The notes under the pieces are model-generated. The model made no database searches and had not been told where the DNA came from. It was given only the letters and a program-made list of their open reading frames with translations. Source: a virus (lineage: Duplodnaviria; Heunggongvirae; Uroviricota; Caudoviricetes). Taken from it: a stretch of DNA of 64,000 nucleotides. The position numbers and the translations under genes were made by a program. Location of the stretch: IMG/VR virus record IMGVR_UViG_3300031555_004037, one strand, 5' to 3'. Positions 9,562 through 19,400 of the stretch are shown here, one piece after another. Every line of letters starts with the position of its first letter. Within the stretch, counting starts at the first letter, position 1.

Positions 9562-10422
9562 ATGAAAAAGAGAATTTTATCTTTATTATTTGTATTTATT
9601 TTATTATTATGTGGTTGTAATAATACAAAAGAACAATTACCAACTACATCTTGGGTAGAAAATATTGAATGGTCAGAAATTGAAGAATTTGATAAGCCAT
9701 TACCTTATATGATTATGGGGGAAACTTATTATTTTCCATTGAATTATGAAGAATTATCAAATAATCAAGATATATATGTTTTAGATTATGTAAATAGTTA
9801 TTCTGATAATTATTACCATTTTATTCCATTTAATGAATTTTATGGTAGTAATATAGTAAATTGGCAACTACCACTTTTCCAATTAGTATCAGAGGGAAAT
9901 GTTGCATCAAACCAAACTCAATGTGTTGGAAAAATTAAAACCGATAATACTGAATATATATTTAAAACTATTGGTGTTTTAGCCTTTTTATATGACGGAA
10001 AATTTGATGAGAATAACATTCCGTCTTGTCAAGTTGGTGTAAATGGTTTAGCACAAAATGGTTTTATGATTACAACAGATATTACTTATGATAATATTGA
10101 AAGACATAATACAAATATGATACAATTACAAGATTTGATTAGTAATTATTTAGGAAAGCCGACTAAAATATATTGTTCTTGTGAATTAGCCGAAATTCCA
10201 AATCAAACAGAAATCATTACTACATATTTATTATGGGAATATGAAGATGGTCAAGTAGTAACTTTACAATGTTCAGAATTAAATACAACTGATGGTTTAA
10301 AATTACAAATTGGTGGTTTCACTTATACACCTGCAAGTTGGTCAGAAGAAGAAAGTTGGAAATTAGCAATCGAAGACTTAAATTCTAATTTTATAGATGT
10401 AACAGATACAATTTTACAGTAA
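9562..10422 (+). CDS. lipoprotein (signal peptide, lipobox LLCGC)
   Basis: MKKRILSLLFVFILLLCGC; shares a C-terminal domain with the next gene (LISNYLGKPTKIY...LLWEYEDGQVVTLQCSELNT). Confidence 0.6.
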   Translation: MKKRILSLLFVFILLLCGCNNTKEQLPTTSWVENIEWSEIEEFDKPLPYMIMGETYYFPLNYEELSNNQDIYVLDYVNSYSDNYYHFIPFNEFYGSNIVNWQLPLFQLVSEGNVASNQTQCVGKIKTDNTEYIFKTIGVLAFLYDGKFDENNIPSCQVGVNGLAQNGFMITTDITYDNIERHNTNMIQLQDLISNYLGKPTKIYCSCELAEIPNQTEIITTYLLWEYEDGQVVTLQCSELNTTDGLKLQIGGFTYTPASWSEEESWKLAIEDLNSNFIDVTDTILQ

Positions 10423-10437
10423 AGGAGAAATTTACCT

Positions 10438-11451
10438 ATGAGAAGAGAACTTATTTTGTTAGGCTTGATTACTGTATTATGTTTTACTATGTTAGTTGGG
10501 TGTAAAGACAATACAGTAATTGATGATAATGGACACGGAACAACAACAGAAATTGATAGTATTGTTATTGAGGCAACAACAGAAACATCAACAGAAGATG
10601 TTGTTGTAGAAGATACTAGACCAGGTATCAATGAATCAATAATTACAAAAATTGAATGGGATAATGCAAAAAGATTAGCATTTCCATATACTTATGTTAT
10701 TGGGGATTATAGTTATCCATTAAATTTAAACTCTTTACCTACTTTATATATTACTGATACCTTAACAGAATATCCAAATGAAAATGAATGGACAGTAATA
10801 CCTATTTCTGATTATTTGAGAAATTCAAATTTTAGTAATGGTAAAGGCGACCTTTTATGTGAATATGTTGAAGATGGAAATACAACTGATGAAAATTGTG
10901 AATTAGTTGCAGTTATTGAAAATCCAAATAAACCTAAAAAGAAAGGTTCAGATAAAGTATATATGAAATTTCATACTATTGCTATTGTGTATGACGATTT
11001 CAGACTTAATACAAAAAAATATGAAGATATTCCATCAAATATTTACTATAAAGTATCACTAAAAGAATTAGAGAAAAATGGTATTTATAATAAATGTGGT
11101 TCAGACGAAACAAAAATCAATAGTTCTGTAAATGCTATAAATGATTTAATTGTAAATTATTTAGGTATGCCATCTAATATTTATAGTACAGTACCATATA
11201 GTGAATTAGATAATACTGCAAATCAAAGTTTTATTATTGAATGGTTATATGATGACGGTAGTAGATGTACTTTAACTATTAGTGAATATAATACTAATTT
11301 AGATAAGAAGAAAGATAATGATGTTGGTATTGAATTTACAGTAGATAGTTTATATTTTTATGGAAATGGAGAATTATTAACACAGAAATATACTCACGAA
11401 AGAGTAGTTCCAGAAGAGTATAAATATAATATTATAAATGATATTAAATAA
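10438..11451 (+). CDS. lipoprotein, paralogue of upstream gene (lipobox MLVGC)
   Basis: MRRELILLGLITVLCFTMLVGC; shared domain LIVNYLGMPSNIY...IEWLYDDGSRCTLTISEYNT. Confidence 0.6.
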   Translation: MRRELILLGLITVLCFTMLVGCKDNTVIDDNGHGTTTEIDSIVIEATTETSTEDVVVEDTRPGINESIITKIEWDNAKRLAFPYTYVIGDYSYPLNLNSLPTLYITDTLTEYPNENEWTVIPISDYLRNSNFSNGKGDLLCEYVEDGNTTDENCELVAVIENPNKPKKKGSDKVYMKFHTIAIVYDDFRLNTKKYEDIPSNIYYKVSLKELEKNGIYNKCGSDETKINSSVNAINDLIVNYLGMPSNIYSTVPYSELDNTANQSFIIEWLYDDGSRCTLTISEYNTNLDKKKDNDVGIEFTVDSLYFYGNGELLTQKYTHERVVPEEYKYNIINDIK

Positions 11452-11454
11452 GGA

Positions 11455-12270
11455 GTGTTTATTGTGAAATTAAATCAAAATAATATTAAACCAGAAGATA
11501 AACAATTAGCCTTAAATGTTAGAAATTATCTTGTTGCAGGAAATAGAGTTATAGGCGACCCTGGAGAAGGGTTACGACAAACTTTAATGAAATTGGAATA
11601 TGAACGAGATAATAAGAATTATGGTATTACTGATTGGAAAATGAAAGATGCTGAATTAAATCAACAAATTTCTTTAACAAAAGCAGGAATTGAAGGGGAA
11701 ATTCAATTATGTGATTATCTTTCTACTTTAATTAAGTATGATGATAAATTAAATGGATTAGTAGCATTTGCAAGTTTATCTTATGATTTTGGAGATGGTG
11801 TAAATAAAGATTATATTCCTGATACTGATACATTATTAGTATATGGTAGACACGCATTAGTTATAGATGCCAAAAATCTAAAAACAAAACCTAATCAATG
11901 TCTTATGATAGTTGAGGGTGGATTTGTAATTGACGCTGATAAAGAAAAAGAACTTATATCTGTAAATCCGTCTACTCATATATGGAGAAAAGTAATGGAA
12001 GATGCAAATATTCAGTTAGATTCTATTGATGGATATGTATGTATTGTAAATGATACAGAAATTGAAATTATTAGAAATGAATATTGGTACGAATGTAATA
12101 CAAAACTCATCCATATAAGTGAATTAAAAGATATTTTAGAAGATTGGGTACAAGGAAAAGATAACACATTATATTTAGATATGTTGACCGAAATTTCAAA
12201 GGCACAAATTAAAAAAGAGAAAAATATTTCCTTTGATATTGACGCAATTAAAAGAAAATTTAATGTATAA
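11455..12270 (+). CDS. hypothetical protein, possible PD-(D/E)xK nuclease
   Basis: DTDTLLVYGRHALVIDAKNLK resembles a D...(D/E)xK motif; weak. Confidence 0.3.
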   Translation: MFIVKLNQNNIKPEDKQLALNVRNYLVAGNRVIGDPGEGLRQTLMKLEYERDNKNYGITDWKMKDAELNQQISLTKAGIEGEIQLCDYLSTLIKYDDKLNGLVAFASLSYDFGDGVNKDYIPDTDTLLVYGRHALVIDAKNLKTKPNQCLMIVEGGFVIDADKEKELISVNPSTHIWRKVMEDANIQLDSIDGYVCIVNDTEIEIIRNEYWYECNTKLIHISELKDILEDWVQGKDNTLYLDMLTEISKAQIKKEKNISFDIDAIKRKFNV

Positions 12271-12274
12271 TTCT

Positions 12275-12325
12275 TATATCAATATAAGTTAAAGTGTGAA
12301 CTTTTTAATGAAATATTGATATAAT
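12275..12325 (+). promoter_or_regulatory. 12-bp inverted repeat overlapping a TGaTATAAT promoter (operator candidate)
   Basis: TATATCAATATA (12275-12286) and its reverse complement (12313-12324); the -10 TATAAT at 12320-12325 lies inside the right arm. Confidence 0.4.
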
Positions 12326-12376
12326 GTATTATATAAAAAGCATATAAATACTGATAGATTAAAGGAGATTAAAATT

Positions 12377-12922
12377 ATGAACAGAAATGATGAATTTGAA
12401 AAGATTAAGATTACAAAAGCAAGTACAAATAAGGCGTGTACAAATGTTTATTATGACTCATTTGGAATCGAAAAGGTGCGTTTCTCAAATGCCTCATATA
12501 CGGATAAGACAAGCATTGATTGTTACCTCGACTTTGAGGATATAGCCTTACTTGCTACTGATGCTGCAAGTGGTAGGATTTTTAAGGAATTAGAATCTGG
12601 ACCTAAAACTATTACAATGGGTGGTAGCAAGTCCTCAAAGAGATTTGACGGTAAACCTGAATCAAGAGTAATGTCACTCGGTAAGTCAGGAGATAAGATT
12701 TTCATTAATATGACCGCTGGTAAGGGTAAGATTGGTGATACTGGTCTTATTGTACCTGATGGACAACCTGATAAGAAAATTTCAGTTGCTATGCCGATTG
12801 ACAAGTTCCGTTCTATGATTATTTACACAAATAATTGGGTAAATGGCTATCTTGCTCATATGACTACTCGTATGGTTCGTGAGGCAGAAGAGGCTCGTAA
12901 GAACGCAACAAATAAAGAATAA
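12377..12922 (+). CDS. hypothetical protein; isolated, probably highly expressed unit with GC-richer codons
   Basis: 181 aa; own promoter, strong RBS AAAGGAGATTAAAATTATG, strong downstream terminator; locally higher GC (a long antisense ORF appears only here). Confidence 0.5.
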   Translation: MNRNDEFEKIKITKASTNKACTNVYYDSFGIEKVRFSNASYTDKTSIDCYLDFEDIALLATDAASGRIFKELESGPKTITMGGSKSSKRFDGKPESRVMSLGKSGDKIFINMTAGKGKIGDTGLIVPDGQPDKKISVAMPIDKFRSMIIYTNNWVNGYLAHMTTRMVREAEEARKNATNKE

Positions 12923-12969
12923 AAATAAAAAAGTATATGTAAGAAATAATTAAATGGTATTTATATGCT

Positions 12970-13012
12970 GTGGGTAATGCTGACTTAAACTAAAGTGTTA
13001 CCCACTTTTTAT
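12970..13012 (+). terminator. rho-independent terminator
   Basis: Stem GTGGGTAA/TTACCCAC followed by TTTTT. Confidence 0.7.
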
Positions 13013-13032
13013 ATAAATTTTTATAAAACTGT

Positions 13033-13060
13033 ATACAAACAGATTAAAAAGTGTTATAAT
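13033..13060 (+). promoter_or_regulatory. sigma-A-like promoter (ATACAA -16- TGtTATAAT)
   Basis: -35-like ATACAA 13033-13038; extended -10 GTGTTATAAT 13051-13060; upstream of RNAP beta-like gene. Confidence 0.45.
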
Positions 13061-13096
13061 AATTTATAATAATGTGAAAAAAGGAGAATAATATCT

Positions 13097-15319
13097 ATGA
13101 CAATTCCAGAGTTATTTGAAAAAGAATTAGCCTTTTGGACTTCCGTAAATCAGTCATTTTTAGGTGTTACACCTATTGATGATACTTTAGATTTTGCAGA
13201 TATTCAAAAGGGTATTGATGAAGATTGTGCAAAATATTGGAATACGGATAATCCTTGTAAATTGGCTCGTAATTTGAATAATGGTCTTCTTAATAAAGAC
13301 GCAAGTAAGCAGACAAAACACTCTTATCAGTTAAAATTAAACTTTTATAATATGTGTATTGATGTGTATGGAGAATATGGGGATAAATTATTAAAAATTT
13401 GTGCCATTCCCACTCCTTGTAATGATTTATGTTGGATTATCAATAAATCTCATTATGTTACAAGAGTTACTGCAATTAAAGATTATTATGGTATAGTTGG
13501 TAAGCGTGATTTTGAAACTGTAAATGGAGAGGGTTGGATTTATAATATCCATAAAGATAGTTTTGAATGTATTGTTAAGAAAGATGAATATAAATTTGAA
13601 CCTACTATTGATGAAATTTATAGTAATCATTTATCAACTCGTTCAAGATTATTATTACAGTCTTGTCTTGGAGATGAAGAATTATCACTTGAAACATTTA
13701 CAAAGGCTTTAAGAAAATTACCTATCTTTGCTAGTGATAGTATTTTTAATTATAAGTTTGCTAGAATGGAATATTTTGAAGATATTGTACTTAATTCTAA
13801 CAAATATGCACAGCCTACAAAGAAGATTTTATTAGGTATTAACACAATTATTGCGTCCAAATCAAAACAGTATACAAAAACGGGAGAAAGAATTGAAGGT
13901 TGTTTAGTGCGTTCTGATAGTAAGATTTTCGCATTAGAGAACTTTAGAACTTGTGTAAATATTTATAAGGGAGAATCAGATTTCCAACCTGCATTTACTT
14001 ATGCAGATACTAATGGTTTTTTTGACTCCTTTAAAACTGTTACTTCAAAATCTGCTGGTCGTCAGAGATTACTTTTGGATAATGTAGTAATTAAGGGTGG
14101 TATGCTTTGGATTGTTGATGATGATGGTACTATGCACAATATGTATGAATATATGGATATGCCACAAAATAAGAGATTATCTTGTTTATCAGAATCTCCT
14201 TTCTGTAATAATGATAAGCCAAAGAGAATTATGATGAACGCAAAAATGACATCACAAGCAGTACCTCTTGTTGGAGAATCAGATGATTTAACTCATCGTA
14301 TTAAGGCTAGAGTAGGATTTACTGATATTGAGGGTTATACATCAGCAGATTCTATTATTATTAGTGAGTCTTTTGCAAAGAAATTAAGAACATTTGAATC
14401 AACTATTTTGTTCTTAAATAAGAAATCAAATTTATTTACTTTGTTAAATAATAATCCTATTTTCAATATAGAAACTTTAAAGGCTATTTTCCCTAATAAG
14501 AATGAAGCAATACTTTCTTCTTATGAGAATTTTCATATTGAAAGAATTGACGATGTTGATGTAAATAATGTTAGAGTATTTCTTGCTTGGGATATTCCTT
14601 TTAGACTTGGAGATAAAATTACAAATCTTCACGGTGCTAAAGGTACAGTAGGACTTATTCTTCCAGACGATAAAATGCCTACATTATTAAATAAAGTGGG
14701 TAATATGGATGCAGGTCCACTTGAAATTATTATTTCTGGTTTCTCTACAATTCGTAGAGGTTCACTTGGTCAGATTTTTGAGGCTTGGGCTTTAGCAAGT
14801 GGTATTGAATTAGATGGTAATGATTATATTGCAAATATGATTACTAAATATAAAGACCAAATGAAAGAATTTAGTGATAATTCAGTTGTAGAATACAATG
14901 GAGTAAAGAAAATTATTCCTGTTGGTATCAATAGTATTATGAGATTATACCATCACGCATCTACTCATATTTCTTGTTCTTCTGCTGATTTTGCTTATAA
15001 GAAGACTTTAAAAATGGGAGAAATGGAAAAATTAAATCTTGTGGCAAATGATTGTCCTAATATTCTTAAAGAATTAGGTATTAGAAGTATTAGTAAGTAT
15101 ATTGCATCTCATAGACATATTAATAATATGGAAAGAACGAGAGAATTACCGAAAAATACACATTTATCATTACAGTTTGTTGAGATTTTAAAATCTATGG
15201 GATATGAATTAATTGTAGATGATAAAAATTCTGTTGATTATTCAGATTTAGATGATGTCGATATTGCAAACTTTAATACTATTATAAAAGGAGAAGATGA
15301 CAATGAAGATAACGATTAA
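13097..15319 (+). CDS. multisubunit RNA polymerase beta-like subunit (C-terminal catalytic part)
   Basis: NLHGAKGTVGLILPDDKMP ~ beta GRHGNKGVISKINPIEDMP; SLGQIFEAWALASG ~ IGQILETHLGMAA; GEMEKLNL ~ GEMEVWAL. Confidence 0.75.
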   Translation: MTIPELFEKELAFWTSVNQSFLGVTPIDDTLDFADIQKGIDEDCAKYWNTDNPCKLARNLNNGLLNKDASKQTKHSYQLKLNFYNMCIDVYGEYGDKLLKICAIPTPCNDLCWIINKSHYVTRVTAIKDYYGIVGKRDFETVNGEGWIYNIHKDSFECIVKKDEYKFEPTIDEIYSNHLSTRSRLLLQSCLGDEELSLETFTKALRKLPIFASDSIFNYKFARMEYFEDIVLNSNKYAQPTKKILLGINTIIASKSKQYTKTGERIEGCLVRSDSKIFALENFRTCVNIYKGESDFQPAFTYADTNGFFDSFKTVTSKSAGRQRLLLDNVVIKGGMLWIVDDDGTMHNMYEYMDMPQNKRLSCLSESPFCNNDKPKRIMMNAKMTSQAVPLVGESDDLTHRIKARVGFTDIEGYTSADSIIISESFAKKLRTFESTILFLNKKSNLFTLLNNNPIFNIETLKAIFPNKNEAILSSYENFHIERIDDVDVNNVRVFLAWDIPFRLGDKITNLHGAKGTVGLILPDDKMPTLLNKVGNMDAGPLEIIISGFSTIRRGSLGQIFEAWALASGIELDGNDYIANMITKYKDQMKEFSDNSVVEYNGVKKIIPVGINSIMRLYHHASTHISCSSADFAYKKTLKMGEMEKLNLVANDCPNILKELGIRSISKYIASHRHINNMERTRELPKNTHLSLQFVEILKSMGYELIVDDKNSVDYSDLDDVDIANFNTIIKGEDDNEDND

Positions 15320-16547
15320 ACAAATTGAAATTGTGGAAGACCCAATGAATGAAGTTACTTCAGATAAGATTTTTATGCCTCGTAAGATTAAAGACGAGAA
15401 TAATAATTACTTATATGACAAAAATGGTATCTTCTCTGAAAGAATTTTTGGTAAATTCAATAAATGTACTTGTGGTAATTTAACAAGACCTGGAATTTGT
15501 CCAGATTGTGATTGTAGAGTTTTGGATAGAAAGAATATTCCAAATTTCTATGTAAAATTCAAATTTGATTTACCTAATAGAGTAATTGATTATTCTGTTA
15601 TTGAAGATAAGAAGAATATTGCTTTAATTAATGATTTAATCAATTTTAGAGGTTTCTTATATGACGGAAATTATGTAGAATTTAATCTTAAAGAAGATAT
15701 GTCAATTTATGATGAAGATAAAATTATCTTTGGTAAAGACGCTGTTTTAAGTACAGGTTTTGTAACAGAAGAGTGGTATGAAGAAAATGTACATAGACTT
15801 ATTAGTATTCCTCATACATCATTTAGAAAGATTACTTTCCAAAATGAGAAATACATTGTAGGTCAATTAAATACTCTCTATATCAATATTATTCGTTTAA
15901 ATAATAAATATGACAAATATAAGAAAGATGGTAAATTAAATTATCTTAATGAATTAAATCTTCGTCATATTGTATGTAGAGAATTAGAATCATTATATGA
16001 AGCATTATTTATGATTTTAGCAAAGAATAAGCGTAATGTAATCACTAATGAGTTACAAGGTCAGCCAGAAACAGGTATGATTAGAGCAGTTATGACTAAT
16101 AATTTTAGTCTTGATGAAGATATTTTACTTATTGGTAGTTATTTTATTGAAACTCTTTATCCTAGATTATATAATCAACATACAGATAAAGATGGAAATA
16201 CAGATATTGATGAAATCAATCGTATTTTAAGAGAAGAAGAGTATTTAGTATTATTTAACAGACAGCCTACTATTGGTGCTAAATCTATTATTGCTATGAA
16301 ACCTATATTCTCTAAATTAGATACAGAGCAGTTCGTTATTCAAGCAAATCCTATTGTTTATGACGGTCTTGCTGCCGATGTAGATGGCGATACATTAAAT
16401 GTTATTGCTTTATATACAAAGGAATCTTGTGAAGAGGCTAGAAAGTTATTAGCAAGTAATAATTATATTGAGGGTTCTAATGCGTCTATTAGAAATGGTA
16501 TGCTTGAAGAGTTTGATTATGTTCAAACTATTTTAGAGGGGGAATAA
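15297..16547 (+). CDS. multisubunit RNA polymerase beta-prime-like subunit, N-terminal part
   Basis: Zinc finger CTCGN...CPDCDC; FNRQPTIGAKSI...ANPIVYDGLAADVDGDTLNV ~ LLNRAPTLHR...NADFDGDQMAV (divergent catalytic Asp triad). Confidence 0.7.
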   Translation: MTMKITIKQIEIVEDPMNEVTSDKIFMPRKIKDENNNYLYDKNGIFSERIFGKFNKCTCGNLTRPGICPDCDCRVLDRKNIPNFYVKFKFDLPNRVIDYSVIEDKKNIALINDLINFRGFLYDGNYVEFNLKEDMSIYDEDKIIFGKDAVLSTGFVTEEWYEENVHRLISIPHTSFRKITFQNEKYIVGQLNTLYINIIRLNNKYDKYKKDGKLNYLNELNLRHIVCRELESLYEALFMILAKNKRNVITNELQGQPETGMIRAVMTNNFSLDEDILLIGSYFIETLYPRLYNQHTDKDGNTDIDEINRILREEEYLVLFNRQPTIGAKSIIAMKPIFSKLDTEQFVIQANPIVYDGLAADVDGDTLNVIALYTKESCEEARKLLASNNYIEGSNASIRNGMLEEFDYVQTILEGE

Positions 16548-16550
16548 TTT

Positions 16551-16964
16551 ATGGCAGAAGAAAATAATAAACCAACAAAACCTAAAAAGTCTAAAAGTAA
16601 ATCTAATATTAAATTAGATAATGGTACTATTATATTTTTTGCAGTTTTAATTATTGCCTTAATTGGTTTTACCATTTTAGTTTTAGTACAAGAATTGAAA
16701 ACAACTTATGTAGTTGATTTTGGAGAAGAAATCAATTCTACTGTTGAAATCAATGAAGATAGAACAAAAATTGATTTAATAGTCAATGTTCAAGGTGCTG
16801 AAACTAAACAACACGGTACATTAACTTTAATTGAAGATAATGAATATAAAGCAGAATTAAAAGTTGGAGAAGATACAACTGAAACTGTTACTGTTATTAT
16901 AGAAGAAAATCAATTAAAACTAATGTATGATGATGGAACAGAAATAATCTATAAGGAGAAATAG
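16551..16964 (+). CDS. small membrane protein (Lys-rich N-terminus, one TM) embedded in RNAP operon
   Basis: KPTKPKKSKSKSN then IIFFAVLIIALIGFTILVLV. Confidence 0.45.
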   Translation: MAEENNKPTKPKKSKSKSNIKLDNGTIIFFAVLIIALIGFTILVLVQELKTTYVVDFGEEINSTVEINEDRTKIDLIVNVQGAETKQHGTLTLIEDNEYKAELKVGEDTTETVTVIIEENQLKLMYDDGTEIIYKEK

Positions 16965-16965
16965 T

Positions 16966-17937
16966 ATGCGTAGCAGAAAAGAATTTGTAGAAAAATATCA
17001 CGAAATTGGAGAGTCAATGTTTGAACATTGTACTATTCCAACTGTTTCTGATTTTGCTAATGCTTTTGTAGATAATAACACAGAAGCAATGGATAAAATC
17101 ACAAAAATTACTTCATATACAGGTAATACAGATGATATTATTAAATCTGTTCAAAGAAGAAATAACAATTATTCAGAACAAGAGTCAAAGAAATTTATGC
17201 AATCTGTTATTGCAGCAAATGTAACTGATATTACTGAATCTGGTTATTTCTATAAAAAACTCATTTCTAGTTGTGACGATATGATTATCGAAATTGACGA
17301 TTGTGGTAGTGATGGTGTTGAATTTAAAATGCCTGTAGACGAAGATACATTTGAATATAAGATTAGAAATCATTGGGTTATGGAACTTAATAAATATGTA
17401 GAAGATTATTCCGAATTACCTAAAAAGGGAACAATTCGTGTTAGAAATTTCCTTTCTTGTAAGCACGGAATTAGAAAATTCTGTAAGAAATGTGCTGGTT
17501 TATATAGACGTTCTTATGATACAGAATTTACACCAAAACATATTGGTATTTATTCTACACTTATGATTACTGAACACGCAACACAAGCATCTTTGGATAG
17601 TATGAATAAGGGTACTGCTGAACCTATCAATGTTATTATTGAGCGTAGTAAGATGGACAAGTCTATTAAAACTATTGAAGATGCAAAAATTGAAATGTCT
17701 AAAATTATAGACAATATTGGTAATGTTGGTGTTGAATCAAGATTTTATGAGATTGCCTTATTATCAAGATGGAGAGATGGAAAGTTTTGTGCTTTACAGA
17801 CTTCATTTTTAAAGCAACCTGATTTATTAGGGGCATTTATTTATAAACCAGGTAAAACAACTTTTAGTAATTTATTACAAGGTGGAACATTTGAAGCAAA
17901 CTCCACAAAAACTAAAATTGCATTTGATAAATATTAA
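16966..17937 (+). CDS. possible RNAP beta-prime C-terminal-like fragment (trigger-loop region) / RNAP-associated subunit
   Basis: IYSTLMITEHATQASLDSMNKGTAEP loosely resembles beta-prime [24 protein letters not shown]; Cys cluster CKHGIRKFCKKCAG; tentative. Confidence 0.3.
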   Translation: MRSRKEFVEKYHEIGESMFEHCTIPTVSDFANAFVDNNTEAMDKITKITSYTGNTDDIIKSVQRRNNNYSEQESKKFMQSVIAANVTDITESGYFYKKLISSCDDMIIEIDDCGSDGVEFKMPVDEDTFEYKIRNHWVMELNKYVEDYSELPKKGTIRVRNFLSCKHGIRKFCKKCAGLYRRSYDTEFTPKHIGIYSTLMITEHATQASLDSMNKGTAEPINVIIERSKMDKSIKTIEDAKIEMSKIIDNIGNVGVESRFYEIALLSRWRDGKFCALQTSFLKQPDLLGAFIYKPGKTTFSNLLQGGTFEANSTKTKIAFDKY

Positions 17938-17946
17938 AAATATGAT

Positions 17947-17993
17947 AAGCAAGGTAAGATATAAATAAGTGTCTTGCCTTGCTTGTATTTGTA
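17947..17993 (+). terminator. rho-independent terminator (13-bp stem, one G-U)
   Basis: AAGCAAGGTAAGA ... TCTTGCCTTGCTT then GTATTTGT. Confidence 0.5.
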
Positions 17994-18010
17994 AAAAGGA
18001 GAAATAAAAA

Positions 18011-19045
18011 ATGGAAATTGTTACAGAAAATGGAAAAGATTATTTAGTTACTTATGTGGCTAAAATTGATAATAGCACTATTGACGCTAATGCTTTATTT
18101 ACAGATGTATCAGAAGCAGTAGCAAAAATTTTAAAAGCATATAATAATAAATTTAAAGCAAGAAATTTAGCCATTTATAAGGGATATGGCTCGAATTTAC
18201 AGTCTTTATTAAATAGATATAGTGGAGATTATTTTTCTCCGTCATTTATGAAAAATTATGTTACAAACCCTGCATTATCACTTATGTCAAATTTCTTTGT
18301 AGAACAAGCAAATGACGCAACTGCTATTGGTACAACATTCCATAAGGTATTAGAGGATTATTATAATTTACCACCAGAAGAAAGACATAGAGATAAATTA
18401 TGGGAATTAGAAAAACTTGCATTAACAGATGGTCAAGATAAAGAAATTCTTGACGAATATATAAAAGGTTATTATGATATTAAAGATTATTTACATCCTC
18501 GTTCAGAATTAGACGATACAAAGTTAAAGTGTGTTACTGAACATAGGGGTAGAATTGAAAATTTACACGCAAAATCTATTGATTATACTGTTCCTTGTGC
18601 TGTATCATATGTTGCTGATAGAGTAGATTATCGTGGGGATGATGTAATTATTCTCGATTATAAAACAGGACATCCAGAACCATCGTCAGTTACATTTGAT
18701 GGATATTTAGGTTCTATGATTTTATATAAATGGGCTATGGAACAAGAATTAAATACAACTATCAATAAAGGCTTTTTAATTTGTCCTGGTAATACAGGAA
18801 CTAAACGATATATGGAATTAGATTATTCTATTGAAAATGAAAAGAAGATGGCAGAAAAGATTGATAGATTTTATAGGTCATTTATGAGAGATAATAGAAG
18901 TAGAGAATATACATTCACAAATGATGGTTATTTTACTACTGATGATGCTAGAAATTATAAAGCAATTATGAATGATAATACAATTTGGATGAGTAAGATG
19001 CCTTTAAAGATTTATATAGGAGAACACGATGAATCTTATTTGTAA
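18011..19045 (+). CDS. PD-(D/E)xK nuclease of the RecB/Cas4 family
   Basis: VADRVDYRGDDVIILDYKTGH matches RecB-nuclease motifs II-III (D ... hhDYKTG). Confidence 0.5.
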   Translation: MEIVTENGKDYLVTYVAKIDNSTIDANALFTDVSEAVAKILKAYNNKFKARNLAIYKGYGSNLQSLLNRYSGDYFSPSFMKNYVTNPALSLMSNFFVEQANDATAIGTTFHKVLEDYYNLPPEERHRDKLWELEKLALTDGQDKEILDEYIKGYYDIKDYLHPRSELDDTKLKCVTEHRGRIENLHAKSIDYTVPCAVSYVADRVDYRGDDVIILDYKTGHPEPSSVTFDGYLGSMILYKWAMEQELNTTINKGFLICPGNTGTKRYMELDYSIENEKKMAEKIDRFYRSFMRDNRSREYTFTNDGYFTTDDARNYKAIMNDNTIWMSKMPLKIYIGEHDESYL

Positions 19046-19400
19046 TATTATATTAGTAATAAGTGCAATAGCAATTATTATATATGATTACAAAATTAAA
19101 AAAATTCCTATGTGGCTACTTATTATAAATTATATAAGTATATGCTTATTATTAAATAAGTGGCTACTATTTGGAATTGTATTTATACTATTGGCAAAAC
19201 TAAAAGATTTTCCTATTGATTTATTATATGTTTTGATTATGTGCTATTTAATTATAATAGTAAATAATTATTTTAGTTTACTAGGAATAATGATACTGTT
19301 ATTACATATACTAATATCAAAGGAAGAAAAAATTAGTTTTATGGTATCATTAGAGATAGCAATAGTTTTAGAAATTTTAATAAAGGAGATGGTAGTATGA
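19029..19400 (+). CDS. small polytopic membrane protein
   Basis: 123 aa, at least 4 predicted TM segments. Confidence 0.45.
   Translation: MNLICNIILVISAIAIIIYDYKIKKIPMWLLIINYISICLLLNKWLLFGIVFILLAKLKDFPIDLLYVLIMCYLIIIVNNYFSLLGIMILLLHILISKEEKISFMVSLEIAIVLEILIKEMVV

Noticed and set aside
16966-17937. Confident beta-prime C-terminal assignment
   Set aside because: Only a short trigger-loop-like stretch aligns, and 323 aa is far too small for the whole beta-prime C-terminal half; kept at low confidence.
19029-19400. Prepilin (TadV-like) peptidase assignment for the 123-aa polytopic membrane protein
   Set aside because: DYKIKKIPMW resembles the D...IP(D) motif, but the second catalytic motif (GxGDxKL) is absent and the protein is very short; kept as a generic membrane protein.
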